Below are positions 29,411 through 39,610 of a DNA stretch of 64,000 bases, piece after piece. Source of the stretch: Candidatus Eiseniibacteriota bacterium (GTDB lineage: Bacteria; Eisenbacteria; RBG-16-71-46; SZUA-252); contig DASTKC010000169.1 in assembly GCA_035716085.1 (NCBI GenBank), forward strand, positions 11,162 to 75,161, given 5' to 3'. Numbering within the stretch: position 1 is the stretch's first letter; each line of letters opens with the position of its first letter. The notes under the pieces are model-generated. The model did not search any database, was not told where the DNA came from, and was given only the letters and a program-made list of their open reading frames with translations. The position numbers and the translations under genes are program-made.

Positions 29411-32331
29411 CGTAGGAGAACGGCCTTTTGCGTGCGCACCCGGTGCCCGGACCGTAGCTGGATGAAGTAGACGCCGGTCCCGACCGGATTCCCCCGGTCG
29501 TCGGTGCCGTCCCACGTGAACGGCGAAGTACCCGCGCGGCCGGACAGGTCAGCGAGGGTGCGCACGAGCGACCCGTCGGCACGATAGACCCGTACCATAA
29601 AGCGGCCGTCCTGGTCCAGGGACACCGGGAACGAAGCGGCGCGCGCGAACGGATTGGGCTGCACGCGGCCGATCGCGAACACGCGCGGCGCGCCGCCAGG
29701 GCCCACGCCTGCCGTCACCGCCGCGTTCACGGGGCCCGCCGTGCTCGACGGCTCACCGTCGCGTGACACCGTGAGCCAGTAGTCGTAGTCCACGCCCGCG
29801 GTCACGTGTTCGTCGACATAGGTGCCGCTCCGGGACTCCCAAGGAAGAATCGCGACTGTCTTCCGGCCGTCGTCCGCGCTCGCCCGCTCGATTTGAACGG
29901 TCGAGCCCGTATTCTCGGACAGATTCCATTCGAGCCGCACGCCCGGCCGATCCAGGAGCGCGATCGCGTTGAAGCTGTTGATCGCGATCGCCGTCGCGGC
30001 GCAGTCGTCCGTGCCGGCCACCTGCACGTCGTCGATCCACCAGCCCAGACCTTCGTTCGGGGGGACGGACCGGAAGTGGAACGCGAACTGGACGGGACCG
30101 CTCAGACCGTCGAGCGGGAAGACCGCTTCGGCGAACGTTGCCTGCGTGCCGGTCCAGCGGAAGCCGTTCGAGTAGCCGCCCACCGGGACGATCGTCGTCC
30201 ATGTCTCCCCAGCGTCGACGGATACCTCCACGTTGAGGCCGTCCACGCCGGGCTCGGTCGAGTACCGCTGCCAGAAGCGGAGCGTGTCGGCGGGACCGGC
30301 CAGCCAGACGGGCTGGCTCACGAGGCGCGCGTCCTCAGCCGGTGCGTATGTGTCGAGGGTGCCCGGCTTTCCGAGACGCCACGCCCACGTGCCCTTCGGC
30401 GTGTGGTTGATGCCGGCCTCGCGATGCCACTCGTTCACGCCGTCGCAGCCGAGCGGCACCGAGATCCAGCGGCGGATCGTGCCCTCGAAGGAATCGCAGA
30501 TCCCCGTCTTCGCGCCGACCAGGACCTGCACGCTGTCGCTGTCGACGAGGCCCGCGGACGCATGGACTCCGTGCGACACGCTCACGCCCCGCGGGTCCGG
30601 AGTGGGAAGGATCGTGGCCGTGATGCTGGAGCCCAGGCTGGTCGAGCTCGCGGCGATCGACCCGTACGTGATCGTGTCCGTGTCCACGCTCATGAAGGCG
30701 GGCTCGGGCCGGATCTTCGCGCCGAGGGATCCGGTGGCCGTGGGGCCGATGTTCAGGAGGGGGAAGTTGAGATGCACGACCTCGCCCGGCTCGGCGCGGC
30801 CGTTTCCGTTGTTGGGCGTGCCCAAAAGGGGAGCGTCGTCGACGACGATGGGCAGACGCCGCACGTCCACGCCGGTCACGAAGAAGCTCGCCATCACGTC
30901 CCCTCCGGCCTCGGCGATGTTCCGGATCGCGACCTGGCTCGGTACGTGGAAGCAGGAGGTCGCGCTGCTCGGACACGAGTTGCCGTTGAACGCGGTGGTG
31001 CCGAGCGGGCCCGGCCACGGATCGTAGCGATCGCCTCGATTGCCGTTCACCGAGGTGGAGACGCCGCAGACCTCCTTCGTGCCGAGCGCGCCCGCCGGTA
31101 GGTCGAGGTTCTGGTTTCCGGGGTGCCCTCCCTGCTCGGGCCCTCCCGCTTCGACCACGTCGACCATCTTGTGGGCGGGGTCGTCGTTGTTGGAGCGGTT
31201 CTCGTCGATGTGGTAGATGACGAGGCCGTGCGCGGGGCCGAGTCCCGCCTCGACCGAGGAGCGGACGAGCGTGGAATCGAAGCCGACCGGCTGCCGGTTC
31301 TCCACGAGGAAGTATTCGTTCGACTCCTGGCCGTTCGTCCACAAGCGGAAGACCTGGCCCGAGCTTTCGACGGGCGGGATGGTCACGCCCGATGAGTCCT
31401 GCGTCACCCAGGTCGGCTGGACCCAGCCGAGCCTCGCCTTGCACCACGCCGACATGTGCGCCGGCGTCGTGCCGGGCGCATGCGCGGGGGAGTGCGTGTA
31501 GAGCCCGTACGCCATCAGATCCCACTCGCCGTCGCCCGAGCTCTGGTTGTCGTCCAGGTCGTAGAGGTCAGGAAGCCCCAGGATGTGGCCGAACTCGTGG
31601 CAGAAGACGCCGATCGAGATGAGATCGCCCGCGCTGTAGTACGCCGAGTTGAGCCCCCACTCCTCGGGCTCCGTCGTGAATGCGTAGAGCGTGGTCCCGT
31701 CCAGCGTGACTCCCCCGGGGAGGTTCCACTTGAGCGACCAGATCTGGTCGACGCTCCCCGTCTCCTCGCCCCCTGGCCCCGCGTGCACGACGAACACGCC
31801 GTCCACGAAGCCGTCGCCGTCGCCGTCGAACTGGGACCAGTCGATGTCGGGGTCCGCGAGAAGCATCGCGTCCTGCGCCATCCCCTGCGCGTTCGTGGGA
31901 AAGGCGCCGAATCCCGACTGGCTGTTCACGTAGTACGAGTAGGGGTGGGGCGCCGTGTACCAGCGCGTCACCACGCCCTGCACGTCGAGCTGATTGCGCG
32001 AGACTTCGCGATAGTAGTCGCGGAAGCTTCCGGTCGGACGCGTGCCGACGCTGAAGAGGAGGCTGTCGTACGCCTCGGGCGGGTGCGCCAGCGTGTCCGC
32101 CGCGAGGTCGGGGAACTGGAGCAGGACGACGACCACTCGCTTGATGCCGGTCGTGGTCGCGCGCGCTTCCGCGAGATCCACCTCGGGAGCGCGATGAAGC
32201 TGTGAGTAGAGCGCGCGGGCGCGGGACACCGTGCGGGCGCCCGGCCCTGTGTTGTCGAGAGGAGGTGCGGCGTGAGCGGCGGTCGCGCCCAGGGCCAGGC
32301 ACACTCCAAGGAGCAGCCCTTGAAGGCGCAA
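29407..32331 (-). CDS. Secreted M6-like (InhA/immune inhibitor A-type) zinc metalloprotease with FlgD-Ig/T9SS-type C-terminal domain
   Basis: Signal peptide MRLQGLLLGVCLALGATAAHA. HEXXHXXGXXD = HEFGHILGLPD. C-terminus PNPFARAASFPVSL…RVYRADGSLVRTL…GVYFIQL…KAVLLR. Confidence 0.7.
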   Translation of the reverse strand: MRLQGLLLGVCLALGATAAHAAPPLDNTGPGARTVSRARALYSQLHRAPEVDLAEARATTTGIKRVVVVLLQFPDLAADTLAHPPEAYDSLLFSVGTRPTGSFRDYYREVSRNQLDVQGVVTRWYTAPHPYSYYVNSQSGFGAFPTNAQGMAQDAMLLADPDIDWSQFDGDGDGFVDGVFVVHAGPGGEETGSVDQIWSLKWNLPGGVTLDGTTLYAFTTEPEEWGLNSAYYSAGDLISIGVFCHEFGHILGLPDLYDLDDNQSSGDGEWDLMAYGLYTHSPAHAPGTTPAHMSAWCKARLGWVQPTWVTQDSSGVTIPPVESSGQVFRLWTNGQESNEYFLVENRQPVGFDSTLVRSSVEAGLGPAHGLVIYHIDENRSNNDDPAHKMVDVVEAGGPEQGGHPGNQNLDLPAGALGTKEVCGVSTSVNGNRGDRYDPWPGPLGTTAFNGNSCPSSATSCFHVPSQVAIRNIAEAGGDVMASFFVTGVDVRRLPIVVDDAPLLGTPNNGNGRAEPGEVVHLNFPLLNIGPTATGSLGAKIRPEPAFMSVDTDTITYGSIAASSTSLGSSITATILPTPDPRGVSVSHGVHASAGLVDSDSVQVLVGAKTGICDSFEGTIRRWISVPLGCDGVNEWHREAGINHTPKGTWAWRLGKPGTLDTYAPAEDARLVSQPVWLAGPADTLRFWQRYSTEPGVDGLNVEVSVDAGETWTTIVPVGGYSNGFRWTGTQATFAEAVFPLDGLSGPVQFAFHFRSVPPNEGLGWWIDDVQVAGTDDCAATAIAINSFNAIALLDRPGVRLEWNLSENTGSTVQIERASADDGRKTVAILPWESRSGTYVDEHVTAGVDYDYWLTVSRDGEPSSTAGPVNAAVTAGVGPGGAPRVFAIGRVQPNPFARAASFPVSLDQDGRFMVRVYRADGSLVRTLADLSGRAGTSPFTWDGTDDRGNPVGTGVYFIQLRSGHRVRTQKAVLLR

Positions 32332-32378
32332 ACTCGAGAACTCCTTCCGGCGGTGAGGCGGTTAAGTTACGGGTGGGG

Positions 32379-33830
32379 TTATAGTTCGGCGGGAGCCGGC
32401 TTCGTGCGCCCGAAGCTCGAGCGCTCCTGCTTCCCCCAGCCACCACGCCCGAGAAGCATATCGACGAGCGCGCCCAAGCGGAAGAGGAGAGTCAGGATAC
32501 GGTAGGAGAAGTTTTCGAGGATGCCGATGGCCACCATCTGCGCGAAGTCCCCCCAGGACCGGTAGAGGCCGAACGAAAGCTCCTCGAGGAACACGGCGGA
32601 AATGGACAGGAACGCGCCCGACGTGATGGCGAGGAAGAGGAAGGCCCAGAAGTAGAGCGGATCGAGAAAGCCCATGAAGTACGCGATCGGGATGATGATG
32701 TAGCCCACCAGCTCCACGATCGGTCCCAGAAACTCGAACAGGAAGTAGTACGGGATGCCGATCCAGCGAAGCGTCCCGGAGTGCTTGCCCCAGATCAGGC
32801 TCTTGTGGCACCAGAGCGAATGGACCATCCCTCGGTGCCACCGGCTCCGCTGCCGCGCGAGCGCGCCCAACCCCTCGGGGACTTCGGTCCAGCAGATGGG
32901 ATCGGGCAGAAAGACGACCGAGTACTCGCGGTTCATCTCCCGCATGCGGCGGTGCAGCCGGAGCACGAGCTCCATGTCCTCGGTGACCGTGCTCGCGTCG
33001 TAGCCCCCGGCCTCGATCACCACATCCTTCCGGAACAGACTGAACACGCCCGAGAGAATGAGGAGGCTGTTCAGGGCGGACAGCCCGAGCCGGCTCGCCA
33101 CGAACGCGCGAAGGTATTCGACCACCTGGAACGCGGCGAGGATGTTCGTGGGGAGCTTGGGCTCGACCACGCGGCCGCGCTGGATCTTGCAGCCGTTCGC
33201 AACGCGCACCTGGCCACCGACCGCGATCACGCGATCCGGATCCTCGAGGAACGGGCGCACGACGCGCAGGAGCGCGTTCTCCTGGAAGACCGAGTCCGCG
33301 TCGACCGTGCAGAAGAGCGGATACCGGGACAGGTTGAGCCCCATGTTGAGCGCGTCGGACTTTCCGCCGTGCTCCTTGTCCACGACCACGAGGTTGGGCA
33401 CCGCGGACGAGCGATAGATCCCGCCGATCGCGCCCAGGGTCGTAAGCCTCCGCCGGTAGACGGCCTCGCGGCGCTCGAGCCCGAACTCCCGGACCAGCTT
33501 CTGGAGCGTGTCGTCCGTCGACCCGTCATTGATCACGATCACCTCGTGCTGCGGGTAATCGAGCGACAGCACCGAGCGCACCGAGTCGACGATGCCGGCC
33601 GATTCGTTGTACGCGGGCACGAGCACGCTGATCGGGAAGGTGAAGTGCGACTTCGCGACCGCCTCGTAGTCCGCGTAGAAGTTCTGCGCGAGGCGGCGGC
33701 GCATGTCGAAGAAGGAGAGGATCAGGAGCCCGAACAGGACGAGCTGGAGCGCGCTGAAGTAGAGCAGGATCACGAGGCTGATCGTGTTGATCAGATGCAT
33801 CGCCCAGGGCTCGAGGACGTAGCCGCTCAT
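32379..33830 (-). CDS. Processive family-2 glycosyltransferase (PgaC/IcaA/cellulose-synthase-like exopolysaccharide synthase)
   Basis: N-terminal TM helices. GT-A core (VLVPAYNES…DGSTDDT…TVDADS), QxxRW = QRSRW. C-terminal TM bundle. ATGA overlap with upstream HEAT gene. Confidence 0.8.
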   Translation of the reverse strand: MSGYVLEPWAMHLINTISLVILLYFSALQLVLFGLLILSFFDMRRRLAQNFYADYEAVAKSHFTFPISVLVPAYNESAGIVDSVRSVLSLDYPQHEVIVINDGSTDDTLQKLVREFGLERREAVYRRRLTTLGAIGGIYRSSAVPNLVVVDKEHGGKSDALNMGLNLSRYPLFCTVDADSVFQENALLRVVRPFLEDPDRVIAVGGQVRVANGCKIQRGRVVEPKLPTNILAAFQVVEYLRAFVASRLGLSALNSLLILSGVFSLFRKDVVIEAGGYDASTVTEDMELVLRLHRRMREMNREYSVVFLPDPICWTEVPEGLGALARQRSRWHRGMVHSLWCHKSLIWGKHSGTLRWIGIPYYFLFEFLGPIVELVGYIIIPIAYFMGFLDPLYFWAFLFLAITSGAFLSISAVFLEELSFGLYRSWGDFAQMVAIGILENFSYRILTLLFRLGALVDMLLGRGGWGKQERSSFGRTKPAPAEL

Positions 33831-34894
33831 CACGCCGTCTCCCGGTGGGGCGTCGGAACGATGCCCATGGCCGAGAGCCCCTCGGCGGCGCTGTCCCGCG
33901 CGAAGCGGTCCTCGCTCGTCAGGGTGCGGAGGAGGACGTCCTTCGACGGCTCGCCCAGCGAGACGAGCGCGTCCAGCGCGTTCTTCCTGACCCACCACGA
34001 CCGGTCGCGAAGAAGCTCGCCGAGCGCGTCGACATAGGCGGTGTCCTGGATCTTCCCGAGCGCCTCCGCCGCGTGCGCGCGCACGAACCAGATCGGGTCG
34101 TGGAGCAGAGGTGCTAAGAGCGGCGCCGTCGAGCGGTCGCCCACGTGCCCCAGCGCCCACGTCGCGGCGGAGCGCACGTCGGAATCGGTGTCGAGGAGCG
34201 CGTCCGCGAGCGACCGCGTCGCGCGCGGATCCTTGATCTCGCCGAGGATGCGGGCAGCCCAGAACCGCGCCTTGGGCGAGCCGTCGCGGAGCGTCTTGAT
34301 GAGGAGCGGCGCCGTGCGCGAGCCCATCTCGATGCAGATGGCCGCGATGCGCGCGGAGACGGCCTGATCGTGCTTGCCCAGGAGCGCGACCAGGGCTTCC
34401 TCCGTCGCCTGGAGGCGCATCCGCCCGAGGGAGCGCGCCGCGACGTTCCGGACGTCGGGGTCCCGGTCCTCGAGCGCGCTCAAGAGCGTCGGCACGGACT
34501 GCGGCAGCTTGAGCTCCCCCAGGATCCGCAGCGCGTGCGCGCGCGTCCACTTGAGCCGGCTCTTCGCGTCCTTCAGGTGCCGGTTCACCGCCCCCGACTC
34601 CTCGAGCGTGCGGAGCACGTCGAGGCGAAGGGACAGCTCGAGCTGGCTGATCTCCTCGGCCGCGAGCTCCGACCAGCGCCCCGAGAGCGACTGGACGATC
34701 CAGGGGAGCGCCTCGCGCTGCCCTTCGGGCGACCGGAGGAGGAGGAACCGCTTCCTCAGATTCTCGAGGAAGCGCTGCTTCGAATCCTCTTCCCGGTTCG
34801 AGTAGATCTTGTTGACGATGGCCGCGATGGTGGTGAGCGCGACGATCCCGAGGAGGAGGAGCAGCGTGAAGATGAGGGACTGGTAGTCGATCAT
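33830..34894 (-). CDS. Membrane-anchored HEAT-repeat (PBS-lyase type) protein
   Basis: N-terminal TM (LIFTLLLLLGIVALTTIAAI). At least 4 HEAT-like repeats (DPDVRNVAARSLG, DSDVRSAATWALG, DPIWFVRAHAAEALG, DRSWWVRKNALDAL). Confidence 0.65.
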   Translation of the reverse strand: MIDYQSLIFTLLLLLGIVALTTIAAIVNKIYSNREEDSKQRFLENLRKRFLLLRSPEGQREALPWIVQSLSGRWSELAAEEISQLELSLRLDVLRTLEESGAVNRHLKDAKSRLKWTRAHALRILGELKLPQSVPTLLSALEDRDPDVRNVAARSLGRMRLQATEEALVALLGKHDQAVSARIAAICIEMGSRTAPLLIKTLRDGSPKARFWAARILGEIKDPRATRSLADALLDTDSDVRSAATWALGHVGDRSTAPLLAPLLHDPIWFVRAHAAEALGKIQDTAYVDALGELLRDRSWWVRKNALDALVSLGEPSKDVLLRTLTSEDRFARDSAAEGLSAMGIVPTPHRETA

Positions 34895-34895
34895 C

Positions 34896-36554
34896 TCACC
34901 ACCGCGCCGATCCCGAGACCCCGAGGTACCAGGTCTCGTAGGAATTGTTGTCGACGGAGTAGGAGGCCTCGAGGCCGAGCGGGAGCGTGCCGAACGCGGT
35001 CAGGTTCAGATAGCCGCTCCAGGTGTGCGTCCAGATGTCCGCGAAGTTGGTGGAGTTGATTCCGGCGAACTCGTAGCGGAATCCGTAGTCGATCGCCGAG
35101 CGCTCCTCGTAGCCCGCGATGGAGACTCCGGCGGAGCCTCGAACGCTTCCGAGCGGGGTGAAGTAGCTCCGGCTCGTGAAGTCCCAGTCGCGATAGGTGA
35201 GCCGGCTGTCCACCGTGACGCTCGGAGTCCCCGTCTTCGCCCGGTAGGACGCGCCACCTCCCGCCGTCCAGCGGCGGTTGTCGTCGGAGTAGACCCCGCG
35301 GGAGACCAGGGCGTCCGCCGTGCCGCGCGCGCTCCACTGCCAGCCGACGCCGCCCTCGTACTCGTCCACGTGCCCCGGCACGAACGCGGTGTCGGGCGCC
35401 GTCTCCTTGAGCGCGATGTAGTCGCGATGAATGGCCCCGCGCGGCGTGAAGCGCCCCGAGAAGCGCCAGACGCGCGCGCCCCACCCGAAGAACGTGTCGT
35501 CCTCGCCGAGCGGGAAGAGCATCGTTCCGGGGTTCTGATCGAACGATCGATACTCGACCGAAGCCGCGGCCTGCCACGGATACCCTCGGAGGAACGAGCC
35601 GTCGATGCGCGTCACCACGCTCGACAGGTCGTAGTTCTTGGCGCTGCCGGCGCCCGGCGTTTCGACGAGATCGAGCCAGGAGACGCGTCCCGTGAACGTG
35701 GCTCTGCGGGCCATCGTGCCGCGCCCCTGGATGTAGGGGCCGTCGGTCTCGAGCGTGAAGTCGGGCGCGAGATCGACGTACTCGCGCTCGTGGGACGCGC
35801 TCCATCCCGTGCCCAGGGACGGCCTGAGGGCGGTCGCGACCGCGCCCTTTTCCTCGGCCATGGCCTCCGGGTCCGCATGCAGGGACTCGGCGCGCGTCAC
35901 GAAGCGGTCCGACGCGGTCGCGGCGCCCCGCCAGCGTGCGACCGACGCGAGGCCGAGCCACGCGTCGCCGGTGCGCGGATCCGCGGCGAGGATGCGCTGG
36001 TACTCGGTGGACGCCTCGGCGAGATCGCCGCTCCAGGAGAGGACGCGCGCGTAGCCGACCCGCGTCTCGAGATTCGTCGAGTCGGCCTGGATCGCGGTGC
36101 GGAACTCGCGCGCCGCTTCCGTGTGGCGTCCGGACCACGCGAGCACGCGCGCGTAGCTCGCGCGAAGCGTGGCGTCGTTCGGCTTCTTGGCGAGGAGCTC
36201 CCGGTACTCGGCGAGCGACTCGTCGTAGCGCCGCTGCCACGAGAGCACGCGCGCGAGGAGGAGCCGCGCGTCGTCGTTGTTCGGACGCATGCGGAGCTCC
36301 GACTGGAGGAGCGGGATCGCTTCGGCTTGCCGGTCTTCGCGAAGGCGCGCGCGCGCGGCATCGTAAGGGCTCACGCCCGCCGTCTGGGCGAGGGCGGGCG
36401 CGGTGTGCGCGAGGATGGCGATGAGGAGCGCCGCGCGGATCGCCGCGCGGAACGGCCTACGGCCGGTCGGCGTCGACCTTCTGGCTTCGGCTGGCTTCAC
36501 GGGCTTCCATTCCCTCGAAGGCGCGCTGGATGATGTCGGCGGAACGCTTGACAC
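34896..36554 (-). CDS. Outer-membrane exopolysaccharide export protein: N-terminal TPR repeats + C-terminal beta-barrel (PgaA/BcsC/PelB-like)
   Basis: Signal peptide. TPR region (…RLLLARVLSWQRRYDESLAEYRELLAKKPND…). C-terminal alternating amphipathic beta-strands ending in aromatic residue W. Alternative GTG start at 36500. Overlaps upstream gene by 44-98 nt. Confidence 0.6.
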   Translation of the reverse strand: MSSVPPTSSSAPSREWKPVKPAEARRSTPTGRRPFRAAIRAALLIAILAHTAPALAQTAGVSPYDAARARLREDRQAEAIPLLQSELRMRPNNDDARLLLARVLSWQRRYDESLAEYRELLAKKPNDATLRASYARVLAWSGRHTEAAREFRTAIQADSTNLETRVGYARVLSWSGDLAEASTEYQRILAADPRTGDAWLGLASVARWRGAATASDRFVTRAESLHADPEAMAEEKGAVATALRPSLGTGWSASHEREYVDLAPDFTLETDGPYIQGRGTMARRATFTGRVSWLDLVETPGAGSAKNYDLSSVVTRIDGSFLRGYPWQAAASVEYRSFDQNPGTMLFPLGEDDTFFGWGARVWRFSGRFTPRGAIHRDYIALKETAPDTAFVPGHVDEYEGGVGWQWSARGTADALVSRGVYSDDNRRWTAGGGASYRAKTGTPSVTVDSRLTYRDWDFTSRSYFTPLGSVRGSAGVSIAGYEERSAIDYGFRYEFAGINSTNFADIWTHTWSGYLNLTAFGTLPLGLEASYSVDNNSYETWYLGVSGSARW

Positions 36555-38796
36555 GTTCTTTAGTTATCGGCGTTTCCCACGTCGTCCATGAGTAGGACGC
36601 CTGAGGCGGTGTCTTGACCGTAAGCTCTTCATTCATAGTGCTTTGGATGGATCCGGCCGGACCCAGGACGAAGACCTCGCCTGGCTTCACGGGTTTGGCT
36701 CCGGCCAGGGTCGGCCCCAGCGAATCGGGACGGAAGCAGGCGGCCGTCGTGGCCCAGGCGAGAAGGCCGACGCCCGGCGTCTGGGTCGTCTCGATGTCCG
36801 CTGTTCCGTCCTTGTCGTCCAGCGCGGCGCGGGACGAGGGGTCGCCGACAACAAGGCCCCACGGAATTGCGATCTCCACCGTGGTCCCCAGCGAATCGAA
36901 GGCGCACTCGAGCCGCCCCCAATCGAAGTACTTCGCCGGAAAGAACAAGCCGTTCCGCGCGACGCGCTCGCGGTTCGTCTCCACGACGAGGGGAACGTAC
37001 GCGCCCGCAGCGTTCGCCACGGGTCGCGCCGGCGCGCGACCTCGCCGCCGCCAGTCGCGTCCGTCCCATTCCCTCATGAAGGACGAGACGTTCATCGCGC
37101 GATCCTGGTAGAGCTCCGCGCCCCCGCGCGGGCTGCCCTTGCTCGGAGGCGTGACCAGGAGCGCGAGCTCGGCGCCGCGGGACCACGAGACGGGAAGCGG
37201 CTGCGGAAGGCGACGGTCGCCGCGCGCGGGATCGAGCACGTCGAACGAGACTCCGAACGTGCGCACCGCGGGTTTGCGCGGCGCGACGTCGAGTCGCAGA
37301 TAGAGGGAGGTTTGATCGGATGTGACGTAGAGAGCGCGAAGCGGGGCTCCGCCCTGGACGGCGTCGGACGCCGCGTAAGGCGAAATCCCGCTCCAGTCGT
37401 CGATCGCGCCGTCGATACGAATGGGCGCGGGAGGGTCGAACGCCAGGAGACCGTAGTTCTCCTCGGGGTCGAGACGGTTCAGCCAGAGCGGATCGCGATC
37501 GCGTGGGCGCTCGCTTCGCTCGACGAGCCAGTTCACCTTGTACCACTCATCGAAGAGCGAGAACAGCAGCGATCCCGATGCGCCGGACTCGGCGATGTCC
37601 TCGAGGAGCCGGACGTCGTCCTGTCCCTGCTGGATCTCGGTGGCGCCACCGTGGTGGATGCCCTGCGGCTGCTGGTGTGCGACCCCGCGGCTGGTCGGCA
37701 CGCCGTATTCCCCGATCAGGAGCGGGATCCCGCGCGTGTGCGCCTTGAGGTCCGCGAGATAGCCGGCGTACGAGCAGACGCCGTGGCGGTCGTGGAACGC
37801 CTGGTAGTTCGGGTCGAGGTTCATGAAGTCGGGGTAGTAGGGATACGCATGGTAGTTCGCGAAGTAGCCGAGGAAGCCCGACGTGAGCGTGGCGGAATCG
37901 ACCGGCACGAGATGCGATGGATCGACGGAGTAAGCGTCCTCGTCGTGCTCCGCTTCGCCGCCACCCCGCTCGGTCTCCGTCGGGTGGCGCATCGGATCCA
38001 GCGTGGGCCAGTTCACGAACGAGACCGCGTGCGCGCGCGCGTAGTGGACCCGTTCGTAGGACACCGTGAGATCGCAGACGCGGCCGAGCCACGCTTCCAT
38101 CGCCGTGCCGTGCTCGACTTTGAACCGAGTGCCCGCGAATTCGGTGATGTCCGGATGGAGCCGCTGCGTCTCGCGCACGGCGTAGGGCTCCCATTCGCGG
38201 CCGATGAGCCACCCCGCCAGCCACGGGGAGACGTCCGCCTCGTAGCGCCCCGAGGCGTGCCCCGGGCGCTCGTCGACGATCGCGTTCCCGTGCACGGCGT
38301 CGATCGCGAGCCGGAGCTCGTTCTCGAATCCACGCGTGTACGCTTCGTCCCAGAAGTCGTTCCCGTCGGGCAGCTCGGTCCAGACTTCCTGGAAGAGCCA
38401 GATGGGATCGTTCGGATGCGCCTCGTTCTCCTCGCGCAGCGCTTCGTAGAAGCGGGGCGGATGGAGCGCGTACACGCGGATCGAGTTCGCGTGCATCGAG
38501 CGCGCGAACCGGAGCCAGCGGCGATAGTCTTCCTTCGTGATCGCGAATTCGCCGGGGTAATGCCCCGGGGGCGCGGCGCCCAGGTTGAGCCCGCGGAAGA
38601 AGACGGTTCGGGAGCCGGAGGGCGTCGCGATCTCGAATCGGTCCCCGCGCGCGAGCACCGCGCGTGTCGGTGGGGAGGGAATGGGCGCGCGTGGATCCCG
38701 GATGGTCTTCCACGGGCGCGGCCCGGCGTCTCCCGCGAGAGCGGGAAGGGCGCAGCCCAGGATCAGGACGGGGACCAGGATGTCGCGCAGCCGCAT
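36457..38796 (-). CDS. Secreted putative glycoside hydrolase (TIM-barrel, GH5/GH-like), probable polysaccharide-processing enzyme
   Basis: Signal peptide MRLRDILVPVLILGCALPALA. N-terminal region …FFRGLNLGAAPPGHY…ANSIRVYALHPPRFYEAL…IWLFQEVW… is TIM-barrel hydrolase-like. Family not assignable by eye. Confidence 0.45.
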   Translation of the reverse strand: MRLRDILVPVLILGCALPALAGDAGPRPWKTIRDPRAPIPSPPTRAVLARGDRFEIATPSGSRTVFFRGLNLGAAPPGHYPGEFAITKEDYRRWLRFARSMHANSIRVYALHPPRFYEALREENEAHPNDPIWLFQEVWTELPDGNDFWDEAYTRGFENELRLAIDAVHGNAIVDERPGHASGRYEADVSPWLAGWLIGREWEPYAVRETQRLHPDITEFAGTRFKVEHGTAMEAWLGRVCDLTVSYERVHYARAHAVSFVNWPTLDPMRHPTETERGGGEAEHDEDAYSVDPSHLVPVDSATLTSGFLGYFANYHAYPYYPDFMNLDPNYQAFHDRHGVCSYAGYLADLKAHTRGIPLLIGEYGVPTSRGVAHQQPQGIHHGGATEIQQGQDDVRLLEDIAESGASGSLLFSLFDEWYKVNWLVERSERPRDRDPLWLNRLDPEENYGLLAFDPPAPIRIDGAIDDWSGISPYAASDAVQGGAPLRALYVTSDQTSLYLRLDVAPRKPAVRTFGVSFDVLDPARGDRRLPQPLPVSWSRGAELALLVTPPSKGSPRGGAELYQDRAMNVSSFMREWDGRDWRRRGRAPARPVANAAGAYVPLVVETNRERVARNGLFFPAKYFDWGRLECAFDSLGTTVEIAIPWGLVVGDPSSRAALDDKDGTADIETTQTPGVGLLAWATTAACFRPDSLGPTLAGAKPVKPGEVFVLGPAGSIQSTMNEELTVKTPPQASYSWTTWETPITKERVKRSADIIQRAFEGMEAREASRSQKVDADRP

Positions 38797-38874
38797 GGAG
38801 ATTCTCCCGATGGGGTATTCGGGAACGATCGGCAGCTCAAGCCCCGTTCTGCAGCGGACGCCGCTCCGCGCGGC

Positions 38875-39561
38875 TCACGGAAAGAGCGCCCGGAGCGCGG
38901 CCTCGTGGTCCTCGAAGGAGTCGAGGAGCGCGTCCGGATCGCACGCGGCCAGCGCTTCACGGCTGATCGAGCCGGTCGCAACCGCGACGGCGCGCGCGCC
39001 GATGGCGCGGGCGCAGGCGATGTCCTTCGGCGTGTCGCCGATGACCGTCGTCTCGGAGCCGGAGAAGGCCCGGCCGGAGAGGACGCGCGCCTTCTCGAGC
39101 GCGATCTGCGCGAGGACGGCGCGATTCTCGTGATCGTCGCCGAAGGCGCCGAAGCGGAAGTACGGCTCGAGATTCCAGCGCCGAAGCTTGAGCCGGGCAC
39201 CCTGGTGCACGTTGCCGGTCAAGAGGCCCACGAGCACGCTGTCGAGCTTGTTGAGCCGCTCGAGCAGCTCCCGGACGCCGGGATAGAGGTGCGCGTCCTG
39301 ATGCTCGCGGACCTCCACAGCGAGTAGCTCCACGTAGCGCCGCAGGCACTCGTCGCGTCGAGCCAGGATGGTGCGCTCGTCGACGCCGGCCAGCCGCATG
39401 ATCTCGGTCACGCACTCCGGATCGGTCATGCCCGCGAAGCGAAAGCCCTCGATGGGTCCGGCGGTCTGATAGGTGTCGCGCAGCGCCCGGGCAAAGGCGA
39501 TCTTGGCCGCGATGCCGTCCCGTAGGAGCGTGCCGTCGATGTCGAAGAGGATGAGTCGCAT
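38875..39561 (-). CDS. HAD-superfamily hydrolase (phosphoglycolate phosphatase-like)
   Basis: Motif I LILFDIDGTL, motif IV GDTPKDIACA. Confidence 0.75.
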   Translation of the reverse strand: MRLILFDIDGTLLRDGIAAKIAFARALRDTYQTAGPIEGFRFAGMTDPECVTEIMRLAGVDERTILARRDECLRRYVELLAVEVREHQDAHLYPGVRELLERLNKLDSVLVGLLTGNVHQGARLKLRRWNLEPYFRFGAFGDDHENRAVLAQIALEKARVLSGRAFSGSETTVIGDTPKDIACARAIGARAVAVATGSISREALAACDPDALLDSFEDHEAALRALFP

Positions 39562-39610
39562 GAGGGGGCGCGGGGCGCCCCCCAGAAGTATCACGCGGCC
39601 CGAGGGCCGG

